Source: an uncultured Nitrospiraceae bacterium
GTDB lineage: Bacteria > Nitrospirota > Thermodesulfovibrionia > Thermodesulfovibrionales > UBA6898
DNA length: 64,000 bases
Direction of reading: 5' to 3'
Assembly: GCA_963811165.1 (NCBI GenBank)
Contig: CAWEQH010000010.1
Span: 640,001-704,000, forward strand
Below are positions 10,254 to 19,625 of the stretch, piece by piece; positions within the stretch are counted from its first letter, which is position 1; the number at the start of each line of letters is the position of its first letter. The translations under genes and the position numbers were made by a program. The notes below the pieces were generated by a model. That model was given only the letters and a program-made list of their open reading frames with translations, had not been told where the DNA came from and did not search any database.

Positions 10254-10296
10254 AAAAAAACCTGAGAGAACGGTTATGCACCGCCCTCTCAGGTTT
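10254..10296 (-). terminator. Rho-independent terminator after yeeE
   Basis: AAACCTGAGAGGGCGGT-gcata-ACCGTTCTCTCAGGTTT followed by T run on minus strand. Confidence 0.7.
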
Positions 10297-10316
10297 GGTC
10301 ACCCGTAAAAAAACCG

Positions 10317-11387
10317 TTATTCTTCGCCCATCGGCTTGATGAACTTGAAATACACCATCGTCCAGTTCCCGAGGATAATAAAGATCGTGGCCGCGATGCT
10401 GCCGATCGAGAGGGTCGAGAACCCGGTAAGCGCCTGCCCGACGTTACATCCTCCCGCGCAGACTGCGCCAAAACCCATCATGACACTTCCGCCCAAGACG
10501 GTAAGCATCTCGGTTGCCGGAGGTATCTTCCATTTGAATTCCTTGAGAATCCGCGCGCTAATGTAGGCGCCCAACGGCACGCCGATAATATAAAACTCGG
10601 CCCATGTCACCTTAAACGGCCCCAAATCGTACATCGGGAAAAAGCGCGACTTTGCGTCGCCGGTAAGTAGCGTGAAGAAGACTTCACCCGTCGGAGTAGT
10701 AAAATTCAGGCCTCGGGCGAACCCCGGAGAGCCCCAATGCTCTGAAGCCCAAAAGGTGACCACCCCTAATATTCCCATCAGCACCGCCGCTACCGACCAG
10801 AAAAAACCCTTCTGCTTTCCTAAGTTAAAAGGCTTGCCCATTAAGACAAAGATCGAAAGAAGACCGCAGAGCACCGCGATAATGATCCACTTTGTGGCAG
10901 ATGCGTCTCCGATTATGGTCATCAGGGTCATCCCCGGCGGCCCTACCTGAACGCTCCTCATTGCATCATTTATCGGCTTCAACACCCCGTTCGACGTAGC
11001 ACCGATGCCGAGAAAGAACCCAAGTACTGCAACCCATGAAGCCATCTGTCCTTCGCCGACTCTATAGATAATGCCGCTGCCGCAGCCGCCCGCAAGGACG
11101 ATGCCGAGACCGAATATAAAGCCGCCCACTATGTTCGCCACAGGATAAAACGACTGGGCTTTCAGGTGGATGATACCCATGTCATTCAGCGCATTCGACC
11201 CGATGATCATGATTATCAGCGCAAGCAGATAAGCCCGGAACATCGTGAAGTCCTTGATGAAGATTGTGTCTCTGAAGGCGGTGTTCATACAGAACCTGCC
11301 TCGCTGGAGCACAAACCCGATCAGGCCCCCGACAACCAGGCCCGAGATGATGAACCCTAAAGTAACACTTTCTGCGACAGTTTCCAT
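10317..11387 (-). CDS. YeeE/YedE family thiosulfate/sulfur compound transporter
   Basis: Multi-TM protein with the three conserved Cys motifs QRGRFC, LAGGCGSG and AGGCNVG. Confidence 0.9.
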   Translation of the reverse strand: METVAESVTLGFIISGLVVGGLIGFVLQRGRFCMNTAFRDTIFIKDFTMFRAYLLALIIMIIGSNALNDMGIIHLKAQSFYPVANIVGGFIFGLGIVLAGGCGSGIIYRVGEGQMASWVAVLGFFLGIGATSNGVLKPINDAMRSVQVGPPGMTLMTIIGDASATKWIIIAVLCGLLSIFVLMGKPFNLGKQKGFFWSVAAVLMGILGVVTFWASEHWGSPGFARGLNFTTPTGEVFFTLLTGDAKSRFFPMYDLGPFKVTWAEFYIIGVPLGAYISARILKEFKWKIPPATEMLTVLGGSVMMGFGAVCAGGCNVGQALTGFSTLSIGSIAATIFIILGNWTMVYFKFIKPMGEE

Positions 11388-11410
11388 GTTCTCCCCCTAC
11401 GTTTTTGATG

Positions 11411-11440
11411 AAAATAGCACATCGCAGATTTCTTTGTCAA
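11411..11440 (-). promoter_or_regulatory. Putative sigma70 promoter of yeeE
   Basis: TTGACA-18nt-TATTTT with extended TGn on minus strand. Confidence 0.5.
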
Positions 11441-11597
11441 TGCACAATACCGCCCAATGATGAGTTCTTAAATTGCTAAATTATGCATTAATATTTTCCC
11501 TAAAGTTGTAATTTTAGGAGTAAAAAAATAACTTGACAACTTTCCCTTCTGACGGAGTATTATGAGCTGAAGTGAACGACCTGCATAACGGGACCAC

Positions 11598-11978
11598 ATG
11601 ACAGAAGGCGACGAAAGCAGACCGAAAATTCTTCTTATTGACAATGAAGACAGTATCAGGTCTGCCTTTGAAAGCGTTCTCACTCAAGAGGGATATACGG
11701 TAGTTATCACAAGAAGCCGTGAAGAGGCACTCGCACGGATTGATGAGGCCGAGTTTGACTTAATCTACATTGTCACAGAACTCGACACCGATAGCGGGAT
11801 CGACATCCTGCGCGAAATAAGAAAAAAGAATCTGCCGGTAAGCGTGCTTATGTTGACCGGCGACCCAAATGCAGCAAGTGCAAGAGAGGCCTTTGAACTG
11901 GGCGTAGTCGGCCACATTTCGAAACCCATAAGTCAAGAAAAACTCCTGCGCCTCACCAAAATAGCGTTGCGGGCATGA
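11598..11978 (+). CDS. Stand-alone receiver-domain protein (atypical)
   Basis: KILLIDNED, MLTG and ISKP receiver motifs; phosphoacceptor position appears to be Val. Confidence 0.8.
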   Translation: MTEGDESRPKILLIDNEDSIRSAFESVLTQEGYTVVITRSREEALARIDEAEFDLIYIVTELDTDSGIDILREIRKKNLPVSVLMLTGDPNAASAREAFELGVVGHISKPISQEKLLRLTKIALRA

Positions 11979-12033
11979 CACCTCATTTCCGGACAGTAAT
12001 GCCGCCCTAGAAATTATTAAACGCACCCCAGGC

Positions 12034-13773
12034 CTACTGACCGCCCTGTAAAGCCCTCAAGGCATCCCTTTCATAGATCCTTACGCTCGTCCTGTAGCGG
12101 AATATCCCTTCGTACTTATCGAACGCCGCTATTGGGCGGTAACCCGCTGTCCGTCTTTCGATCTCGGAAGACAGCGGATCGTTTGCGCTCTCTGAGATTA
12201 CCGCCACGACAGTATCGTCATCGCGATAGTCCCGGCCGCGGTAATAAGAAGGGTTCTTAAATTCGAGCGTAAACCTAAGTGAAGAATTCTTGATCTTTTC
12301 GCGCTCGTCTCCGGCCAGAATACCGCTGCCGTTATATATAATTTTTTTCTGCGTAAAGAGATCCAGTATGGGTACCGACACCTCGGGGTTCACCGCGGGC
12401 TCCTGAGGGGCCAGGGTAAAGACCTCAACGTTTCGCTCCGGGAGGGAATCAAGGAACCTTCCGGATTCCTGCAGATTCACCGCGCTCAGCCTCTGCATAA
12501 AGGGAAGGTACGCAAAGAGGGCAACGGCAAAAGATGAGGTAACTATGCAGGCAGCGAGAAATTTTCTCATATCCGCGCGTTTCATCTCACACAGTCCGTA
12601 CGACGCCGCAAGTGACAGCATGGGCAACACCATTATGATGTAGCGTATCCTTCTGATCTGCATCAAAAGAACAAGGCCTACCAACCAGACCACCACAACA
12701 TACCTTATGTCTCTTTTCTTCAGGGCGGCATAGACCGAGTACAACGCCGCCAGGGAAATTAAGGGGTGTATCTGGAAGAAAAAGGTGGAGACAAAACTTT
12801 CTCCCCAGCGCTTGAGGCCCGGTTTCTGATAGGTAATCAGGAGCTTTATCTGGTCCGAAATTACGCCGGACTTGTACATCACTACGGGACCTATCAGCAG
12901 CGAGGCAAGAAGGATGATATACGACGCCCGCAAAATCAGAATGGTCGTCTGCTGCCTCGCTGTCTCCGGCCTCGAACGTTCCTGCGCAAGATTGACCGCT
13001 ACCGTCACAGGCAAGATAGAAAGCATAAGCCACGCCGAGTATTTAGAGAAAAAAGCGAGGAATATTGCAAAGGCCGAGATGGCGATCATCGTCCCCCCGC
13101 TTTTCAGCGCCTTCATCACCGTGACGACCGCCGAGAGGAGGAAGAACATCGTGGCGATATCGACAAGCAAAAGAGGTACCTCCGTATAGAGATAAGGCAT
13201 GCCAAGGAGAAATAATCCTCCATAAAATCCGACTTCCTCGTCCCATAGCTCCCTGCCTATAAGATAGGTAAGTACCGTGCTCAGCGAAAAGAGGACGGTA
13301 GTAAAAATCTGCGCATATACCCTTACCTCGCCGAAAAATCTGAAGACGAGCCCGTACAGAAAAGGCACCAGGGGCATATCGGTCCAGGCAGAGATGCCTT
13401 TGCCCCACTCCGTAAGGAAATACCTTATCCCATAGAGCTCGAGATATTTTGCCTGCGTAAAATATCTCGACGCATCGACAATCACTTCGGGCTCAGGCCA
13501 AAACAGCGATGCCGCGACAAATGAGGTGAGAAAAAGGACTACGACCCGATTTCCGAGACGGACGGTAACTGTTGCGAGAAAGTACGAAAGGACGCATCCT
13601 GCTGAGACGGCAAGAAAAACGCCCCAAGCTCCGCGGTCCTGAAAACACCATTGCCAGCTTGAAAGCCTGTTGTCGTCAAGGGTCCTTGCGTAATAAAGGG
13701 CAAGGTACGCCAGAGGCGTAAGCAGAGATACGGCAAGGACACCTAAGTTCCGATGCTTATCGCGACTCGCCAT
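12034..13773 (-). CDS. GT-C fold membrane glycosyltransferase (ArnT/PMT_2, GT39-like)
   Basis: About 12 TM segments; DASRY, DMPLVPFLYG, LLVD and FFSKY motifs; C-terminal periplasmic domain. Confidence 0.75.
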   Translation of the reverse strand: MASRDKHRNLGVLAVSLLTPLAYLALYYARTLDDNRLSSWQWCFQDRGAWGVFLAVSAGCVLSYFLATVTVRLGNRVVVLFLTSFVAASLFWPEPEVIVDASRYFTQAKYLELYGIRYFLTEWGKGISAWTDMPLVPFLYGLVFRFFGEVRVYAQIFTTVLFSLSTVLTYLIGRELWDEEVGFYGGLFLLGMPYLYTEVPLLLVDIATMFFLLSAVVTVMKALKSGGTMIAISAFAIFLAFFSKYSAWLMLSILPVTVAVNLAQERSRPETARQQTTILILRASYIILLASLLIGPVVMYKSGVISDQIKLLITYQKPGLKRWGESFVSTFFFQIHPLISLAALYSVYAALKKRDIRYVVVVWLVGLVLLMQIRRIRYIIMVLPMLSLAASYGLCEMKRADMRKFLAACIVTSSFAVALFAYLPFMQRLSAVNLQESGRFLDSLPERNVEVFTLAPQEPAVNPEVSVPILDLFTQKKIIYNGSGILAGDEREKIKNSSLRFTLEFKNPSYYRGRDYRDDDTVVAVISESANDPLSSEIERRTAGYRPIAAFDKYEGIFRYRTSVRIYERDALRALQGGQ

Positions 13774-13779
13774 GTTTTA

Positions 13780-13807
13780 AAAAAATAAGGGCGTCGACGA
13801 CGCCCCC
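13780..13807 (-). terminator. Rho-independent terminator after dsrE/dsrH-like pair
   Basis: GGGCGTC-gtc-GACGCCC followed by TTATTTTTTT on minus strand. Confidence 0.55.
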
Positions 13808-13914
13808 GATTTCAAGAAACACTGCTTCTTCAGTAATGACTTTAGTGCCTCCTTTTTCGTGATGGGACAGGTCTTTCCATCAGGTCCTGATCCACCCGGA
13901 TTTACTTCCCCTTA

Positions 13915-14085
13915 TTACCAGGATATCACCTTGTCATACGAGAATATATCATCGACGATGCTTTCGTAGGACACCACGCCCTTCGACAGGTCTACGACCT
14001 TGACGTCATGTTCCTTCGACTGCGTGCTGATTATCTGATCGGACAACTTCGTCGGTCCATCCTTGAGCAAATGGAGAATCTTCAC
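13915..14085 (-). CDS. Small DsrH/TusB-like protein, 56 aa (not in ORF track)
   Basis: GGAGG RBS, GTG start, MKILHLLKDGPTKLSDQIISTQSKEHDVKVVDLSKGVVSYESIVDDIFSYDKVISW; the C-terminal SY..IVD.IF..DKVISW matches the DsrH/TusB tail; directly downstream of DsrE-like gene. Confidence 0.75.
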   Translation of the reverse strand: MKILHLLKDGPTKLSDQIISTQSKEHDVKVVDLSKGVVSYESIVDDIFSYDKVISW

Positions 14086-14122
14086 AACAATTCCTCCCTA
14101 TTATCTCGCTAACTATTTGCGT

Positions 14123-14425
14123 CTATAAAACGATAACCCTGTCTGCATCGTGGTTCATGACAGCGTTATGGTACTGGCTGCCGCAGACTATCTCAGAGGG
14201 CAGTCCTTCGGTCGCAACATCCAGCCCCTTGGCACTATGGTTGCAAAAGCTCATGCCGACGCCCTTTGTCCTGCATAGTTCCGCGAACTCGGGAGCGCCG
14301 AGCAGTTTTGTGCCGTCGTCCATGTTGAACATAAGGACTTCGTGCCCCTTCGCAAGGGCTGCTTTCACGATGCCTATCACATGATTGAGATGTCTATTGG
14401 TGTTTACAAAGATGCCGAGTTTCAT
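14123..14425 (-). CDS. DsrE/TusD-like sulfur relay protein
   Basis: MKLGIFVN..AALAKGHEV.MF.MDDG..L, conserved Cys in SFCNHSA, ends ADRVIVL; AGGAGG RBS. Confidence 0.8.
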   Translation of the reverse strand: MKLGIFVNTNRHLNHVIGIVKAALAKGHEVLMFNMDDGTKLLGAPEFAELCRTKGVGMSFCNHSAKGLDVATEGLPSEIVCGSQYHNAVMNHDADRVIVL

Positions 14426-14629
14426 CCGTCTACCTCCTTGCTACTGACCATATTTGTCCCCGACAAACTTCTTTGTCCTCAGAAAATGCCTGATTCCCCG
14501 TTTCAGGTTTATACATAACATAAACGGAAGATAAAGTAAATTGGAAAAATACGAGGGAAATATGAGGGATGCAGTTTATGAATTGCACGGTATCGTAAGT
14601 ACTTGAGATACGTCCACGGCGTCCGTGAT

Positions 14630-15646
14630 TTACTTCAAAGCTTCAAGCAACTCCCTCACCCTTTTACCGACCCCTGCGGCGGTAACTTCCTTCATGCACT
14701 TCAAATCCACACATTTTTTCTTAAAACAGGGCGAACAGGCGGCGCCGCTCCTTACAATCACATGCGAACTTCCATAAGGGCCTGTCCTCTCAGGACTCGT
14801 CGGTCCGAATATGGCGACCACCGGCACGCCTAAGGCGGCGGCGATATGCATCGGACCTGAATCGTTCGAAACAGCGAGCCTCGCCCCCCTCATTATTTCG
14901 ATCAGTTCTGTAAGACTTGTTTTGCCGGCTACCGATACCGCCTTCCCCAGAGAAGACGCCACGACCTTCTCGGCAATCCCCTTATCCGCCCCGCTTCCGA
15001 CCACCACCGACCGGACCGGAACCAGCGAAGCCACTTTACCGAAATTCTCTGCGGGCCAGATCTTGGTCGTCCACCTTGCCCCCGGGACAAAAACTATATA
15101 CTCCTTGAGGTCACTCTTGAAAGCCTTCACCCACGAGTCGCTGTCCTTAGTGAGAGGGAATGGGAAGACGGCGCCATCCGCTTCACAACCCAGCGCAGTT
15201 GCGATCTTTAGGTACCTGTCGACTGCATGCAGGTCTTTCCCTCCCCGTACCGTCGCGGTATAAAAAAACCTGCTGCCTTCTCTGGCCTCTGTAAAACCGA
15301 TCCTTGCAGGAGCGCGGGAAGCCAGCGTGATGAGGCCGCTGCGCAGTAGGCCCTGAAGGTCCACCACCAGATCGTATTGTTCCTCCCTTATTTCTTTAAA
15401 AAGCCTCCTCACCTCCCGAACAGTGTCGACGGCCCGCGAAATCCTCTTCCAGAGATCCTTGTTAATGACGATAAGCTTGTTGATCATAGGATTCCCATCG
15501 AGCAGCCCCTCAAGCCCCTTCGCAATAACCCAGTGAATTTCCGAATTTGGGAAACATGACTTCACCGCACTAAGGAAAGGGAGACTATGCACCACATCGC
15601 CCAGGGAACTGGGCTTGACGATCAGAATTTTTCTTGGGGTTTTCAC
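14630..15646 (-). CDS. waaC: LPS heptosyltransferase (GT9), WaaC-like
   Basis: KILIVKPSSLGDVVH, DLQGLLRS, SNDSGPMHIAAA and FGPT motifs; start uncertain (ORF extends to 15682). Confidence 0.75.
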   Translation of the reverse strand: MKTPRKILIVKPSSLGDVVHSLPFLSAVKSCFPNSEIHWVIAKGLEGLLDGNPMINKLIVINKDLWKRISRAVDTVREVRRLFKEIREEQYDLVVDLQGLLRSGLITLASRAPARIGFTEAREGSRFFYTATVRGGKDLHAVDRYLKIATALGCEADGAVFPFPLTKDSDSWVKAFKSDLKEYIVFVPGARWTTKIWPAENFGKVASLVPVRSVVVGSGADKGIAEKVVASSLGKAVSVAGKTSLTELIEIMRGARLAVSNDSGPMHIAAALGVPVVAIFGPTSPERTGPYGSSHVIVRSGAACSPCFKKKCVDLKCMKEVTAAGVGKRVRELLEALK

Positions 15647-15719
15647 CAGCGATATGGTATGAGCTGCCGCTGCACCTAACACGATACGTAGTATACCATT
15701 TTCCGGCCCTGCTGACGGC

Positions 15720-17270
15720 CTAACCGCCTCTCACTCCAAGGATAAAACCCGCGGCCGCTTCCAGATCTTCCGCGACAAAATCCGCATAAGGAGAAGTTTC
15801 ATCCTTTCCGGTTTTTACAAGAATTGCCTTCGCGCCGACCGATCTGGCAAGAAGTAGATCCGTCTCTTTATCGCCTACTACGTAGGATGCCCTCAGGTCG
15901 ATGTGATGCTCCGCCCTGGCCCGATAGAGAAGCCCGGGCTCCGGCTTTCTGCAGGAACAATGTTCATCGGGGTGGTGGGGGCAGTAATAAAAGTCTTCGA
16001 ACCCGTATGAGTCCATAAAGAGCCTGTTCACCTTTCGTACAAACTCCTCTTCCACGACTCCCCTTGCCACCCCCGACTGGTTTGAAACGCCGATCAGGGA
16101 GAACCCTTTTTCCTTAAGCCTCTCAAGGACATCAATCTTGCCGAAAATTTGAAGGTCTTCCATTCTGTTAAGAAAATGGGCATCCCTGCAAAGTGTGCCG
16201 TCCCTGTCGAAAAATACCGCCCTGCGAGAGCTAATCGAACTTCTGGCTGCCTCGAATACCTCGTCGGCAGGAATAAGGTCCATGCACTTCAAATCCCCGC
16301 GGCTGCAGCTCCTCTCATAGCAAGGGGCACACTCGATATCTTTTCTGACTACCCTGCTCCCCTCGCCGACAGGGCCGGTATGATCAGCTGAGGTCGAGCC
16401 GAAAACAGCGACCAGCGGCGTGCCTACGGCATATCCTATATGCATCGGACCCGAATCGTTGGTCACCAGAAGGTCGCACTCCGAGATCAGGGCAGCCAGT
16501 TGGCGGAGGTTCATCTTCCCGGCTACAGACAAGACACGCTCTTCATATGACGCGCCGGAAACCGAACCACTCACCGTTTTGCATATCTCATCCGAAATAG
16601 ACGTCTCCGCAGGTCCCCCCAAAACCAGCACGCTCCCGCCGAGGTCATGGATGACCCTTATTGCCACCTCGGCGAATTTTTCAGGATGCCATCTCTTCGA
16701 AGACCCGTACGCCGCCCCGGGGTTGAACGCGACAACCGGCCGTTTCAGATCCCTCAACATTTCTCTTGCCCCGACCCTTTCTTCGAGCTGAAGATAAATC
16801 CAGGGCAGGGATTTCGTTGCAGGCAGTCCGGCCGTCTCAAGGAGGTTGAGGTAATAATCGACATGGTGCAGACGTTTAGTCCGGGCATCAAAAGGTACGG
16901 CCTTCGTAAGAAGAAACCCCCTCATGTCCCTGCCGTAGCCGATCCTTTCGGGGATTCCCGCAAGAGCCGTGATGACGGCGGCATCGAACGCGTTTTGAAG
17001 AAGAAGCGCCGCACAGAAACCCTGTCTCCTGAGTTTTTTTGAGAGTTTGATCCTTCCCGAAAGGCCATGATATTCGTCCGAATAGAGCATTATCTCGTCT
17101 ATATTAGGGTCCTTCTCAAACAAGGGAGCGACCCATGGTTTTACGAGCAGCGTTATCTTCGAAGACCGGTTGGCAAGTCGGAGCGCCCTTAATGCGGGCA
17201 TCGTCATTACCGCATCGCCGATCCAGTTCACACCTCTCACCAGTATGTTATCGCAGTCGCTCAGTGACAT
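15720..17270 (-). CDS. waaF: Heptosyltransferase II fused to D,D-heptose-1,7-bisphosphate phosphatase (WaaF-GmhB)
   Basis: ILVRGVNWIGDAVM, NPGAAYGSSKRW and TNDSGPMH in the N-terminal part; C-terminal FFDRDGTL, SNQSG, CPHHPDEHCSCRKPEPG, VGDK. Confidence 0.9.
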   Translation of the reverse strand: MSLSDCDNILVRGVNWIGDAVMTMPALRALRLANRSSKITLLVKPWVAPLFEKDPNIDEIMLYSDEYHGLSGRIKLSKKLRRQGFCAALLLQNAFDAAVITALAGIPERIGYGRDMRGFLLTKAVPFDARTKRLHHVDYYLNLLETAGLPATKSLPWIYLQLEERVGAREMLRDLKRPVVAFNPGAAYGSSKRWHPEKFAEVAIRVIHDLGGSVLVLGGPAETSISDEICKTVSGSVSGASYEERVLSVAGKMNLRQLAALISECDLLVTNDSGPMHIGYAVGTPLVAVFGSTSADHTGPVGEGSRVVRKDIECAPCYERSCSRGDLKCMDLIPADEVFEAARSSISSRRAVFFDRDGTLCRDAHFLNRMEDLQIFGKIDVLERLKEKGFSLIGVSNQSGVARGVVEEEFVRKVNRLFMDSYGFEDFYYCPHHPDEHCSCRKPEPGLLYRARAEHHIDLRASYVVGDKETDLLLARSVGAKAILVKTGKDETSPYADFVAEDLEAAAGFILGVRGG

Positions 17271-17371
17271 TGAGAATTTTAACCTATATTTTGACTTAAA
17301 GTCAGACAGGAAGAAGGGGTTGCACCTGAAATGACGGAGATTTCAAGTTCTTCCCCGCGTGAGCATAAGAA

Positions 17372-17692
17372 TCACCGCTCTTTTTTGGAGAGAACATCAT
17401 CAATCCATGAGATCGCCGCGGATACAGTCGGAAACCCGATCGTACTCGTAAGCAGAAGGAGGGTATGGTACAGTTCCTCCGGCTTTGCCCCGGCCTCAAG
17501 CGCCCTCCTCGCATGGGAATGTACTGCGCCCTCCGACCGCACAGCCGCCGCCCCGGCAAGCTGTATGAGCTGGGACATTCTTTCATCGAGCGGTCCTGAG
17601 CCCTTCGCGGCCTTTCCAAGCGCGCTCAGCGCATTGAAATACTTCTTGAACCTTTTCCCTATCCCCACATATTGGTTAGGCAGTCTGGACAT
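17372..17692 (-). CDS. Carboxymuconolactone decarboxylase (CMD/AhpD-like) family protein
   Basis: GPLDER..QLI, HSHARRALEAGA..EEL and TIGFP motifs; no CxxC. Confidence 0.85.
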   Translation of the reverse strand: MSRLPNQYVGIGKRFKKYFNALSALGKAAKGSGPLDERMSQLIQLAGAAAVRSEGAVHSHARRALEAGAKPEELYHTLLLLTSTIGFPTVSAAISWIDDVLSKKER

Positions 17693-17716
17693 GATTTACC
17701 CCCTTCGCCGGTTTGA

Positions 17717-18814
17717 TCAATGTATGTATTCCCTTCTCGACCTGCTGCCAAGAGAGGTAAGGATCTCGTAAGGGATCGTGCCTATCCTTGCAGCAAGGTC
17801 GGCCGCAGTAATCGTTTCTTCTCCCCGGCCGCCCACAATAACGACCTCGTCACCCTCGCATACGCCGCCGATGCCGGTAACATCGAGCATCGTCACATCC
17901 ATGCAGACCCTTCCGACAACAGGCGCCCTCCTGCCGTGCACAAGCATCTCCCCGTTATTCGAAAAAAGGCGGCTGTACCCGTCTGCATATCCGACCGGGA
18001 CAACGGCTATCTTACTGTCGTTTTTTGTAACGAAGGTCCTGCCGTAGCTCACGGGTGTTCCCGTACAAAGACTCCTCACCACAAGCACCCTCGTCTTTAC
18101 CGTCATGAGCGGCCTGAGGCCGAACCCTTCCTGAAACGGGGAATACCCGTAGAGCAGAAGCCCCGGCCGCACCGCATCCATCAGGGCATCTTTAAAGGTA
18201 AGTGCCGCCGCGCTGTTTGCGATATGAGACAGAAGCGGCCTCCCGATTCTTGCGGCGACGGCGCCCCTTATCTCGTTGAACAGCTTCAGCTGGTGGAACG
18301 CGTAGGACCTGTCTGCAAGGTCGGCCTCTGAAAAATGGCTCATCAGCCCCGCAAGTTCTATCCCCTTCAAACCCGAGATCTCGACGGCATCGGATACCGC
18401 CTTTCCGGGGATGAACCCTATCCTCCCCATCCCGGTATCCACCTTCATATGAACACGGATGCTTCTGCCCCTTTTCACTGCCTCAATGCCGAATTGCCGG
18501 GCGGTTTCCTTGTCCTGGACTACCGGGACGAGCCCGTACTCGAAGTACTCTTCTATGTCGGACCGATCGAAAAGGACGATGATCTCCGCATCTATACCGG
18601 ATTCCCGGAGCAGTTTCGCCTCACCCGTATAGGCTACCGCAAGGTGAGTAACTCCCAGGCCGACTAGTCTCCTGGCGATCTCGACCGATCCATGCCCATA
18701 AGCATCGGCCTTTACAACGGCAATAACAGGTCTTTCATCGATGATCTTTCTGACTGTTTCGAGGTTGTGGTGAAGCGCGGAAAGGTCGATCTCGGCTACT
18801 GGCCCTCTATTCAC
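17717..18814 (-). CDS. alr: Alanine racemase
   Basis: [14 protein letters not shown]-lysine motif, [26 protein letters not shown]. Confidence 0.97.
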   Translation of the reverse strand: MNRGPVAEIDLSALHHNLETVRKIIDERPVIAVVKADAYGHGSVEIARRLVGLGVTHLAVAYTGEAKLLRESGIDAEIIVLFDRSDIEEYFEYGLVPVVQDKETARQFGIEAVKRGRSIRVHMKVDTGMGRIGFIPGKAVSDAVEISGLKGIELAGLMSHFSEADLADRSYAFHQLKLFNEIRGAVAARIGRPLLSHIANSAAALTFKDALMDAVRPGLLLYGYSPFQEGFGLRPLMTVKTRVLVVRSLCTGTPVSYGRTFVTKNDSKIAVVPVGYADGYSRLFSNNGEMLVHGRRAPVVGRVCMDVTMLDVTGIGGVCEGDEVVIVGGRGEETITAADLAARIGTIPYEILTSLGSRSRREYIH

Positions 18815-19019
18815 CCTTACCCTTTTCTCCGTCTCCTTTGTCCTTCGTCACCTCTTTTTTGGGCGTGACGTCTATCTCGTCGGGCTCTGATGTTGCCTTC
18901 TTGAAGTTCTTTATCGCCTGGCCGACACCCCTGCCGATCTCAGGCAACCTGTTGGCCCCAAAGAGGACGAGAATTATGATGAGGATGACGATAAGCTCGG
19001 GCATTCCCAGACCAAACAT
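18807..19019 (-). CDS. tatA: Twin-arginine translocase subunit TatA/E
   Basis: [32 protein letters not shown]. Confidence 0.95.
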   Translation of the reverse strand: MFGLGMPELIVILIIILVLFGANRLPEIGRGVGQAIKNFKKATSEPDEIDVTPKKEVTKDKGDGEKGKGE

Positions 19020-19192
19020 ATATGACCTCCTGTCGTCTGTGCAGCACTATCTTTACTTATGTGAGCCGCGGATCCCCGCCGCGACGGCCCTGGACACACT
19101 ATTACCTGGCTGATTCATAGACACCATGATAGTTTATTAAAAAACAACCATTAATACAATACCTAAGGGCCGCGTGCCGAAAGAATTTTTCC

Positions 19193-19222
19193 TTGCTCAA
19201 ACAGTCTCTGTTCTGGTATAAC
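19193..19222 (+). promoter_or_regulatory. Putative sigma70 promoter of 6S RNA
   Basis: TTGCTC-18nt-TATAAC with extended -10 TG. Confidence 0.55.
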
Positions 19223-19241
19223 TAAATATAGGGTATTTGAG

Positions 19242-19424
19242 GTAATTACCTGCCCTGTAAGTGATATATGAAAAAGTTGGTCCGGCAAATTAGATCTTTT
19301 GGGAGCCTGCGTAAGGTGTCGGTGTGCATGTTGACCAGGTGTCAAAAGCCTAAAGCCACCTTTACGGCACCCACCTATCCAATAGGCGGATCTGATTCTT
19401 CATGTACACGGCAGGGCGGGATAC
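19242..19424 (+). ncRNA. ssrS: 6S RNA
   Basis: About 180 nt; closing stem CCTGCCCTG..ATGAA pairs with TTCATG..CAGGGCGGG; internal GGGAGC, AAGCC and CGGCACCCACCT motifs of 6S RNAs; sits upstream of the rny locus as is typical. Confidence 0.8.
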
Positions 19425-19625
19425 TAATATTTTTGATGAAGCTGGCGGCTATGGTTTTCGCACTTTTGGGTGGAAGCACCAGGGGAAAAAGAAAATACAA
19501 CACATCCGGGTCCTCCTTTGTGGGCCATTTCATAGATTCACAGAAACAATTTTCATTTATATTCGGCCCTTTCCCAACACCAAAAGTCATGCGTAAATCA
19601 TAGTCCCGGTCGAGGACTATGATAC

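Noticed and set aside
13860..13890. TGA followed by a hairpin containing CAGGTCT on the + strand, resembling a SECIS
   Set aside because: No plausible + strand ORF or start, and the frame runs antisense into the dsrH-like gene
19268..19603. Short ORFs in the tatA-rarA gap
   Set aside because: They overlap the 6S RNA structure and have no recognisable protein features
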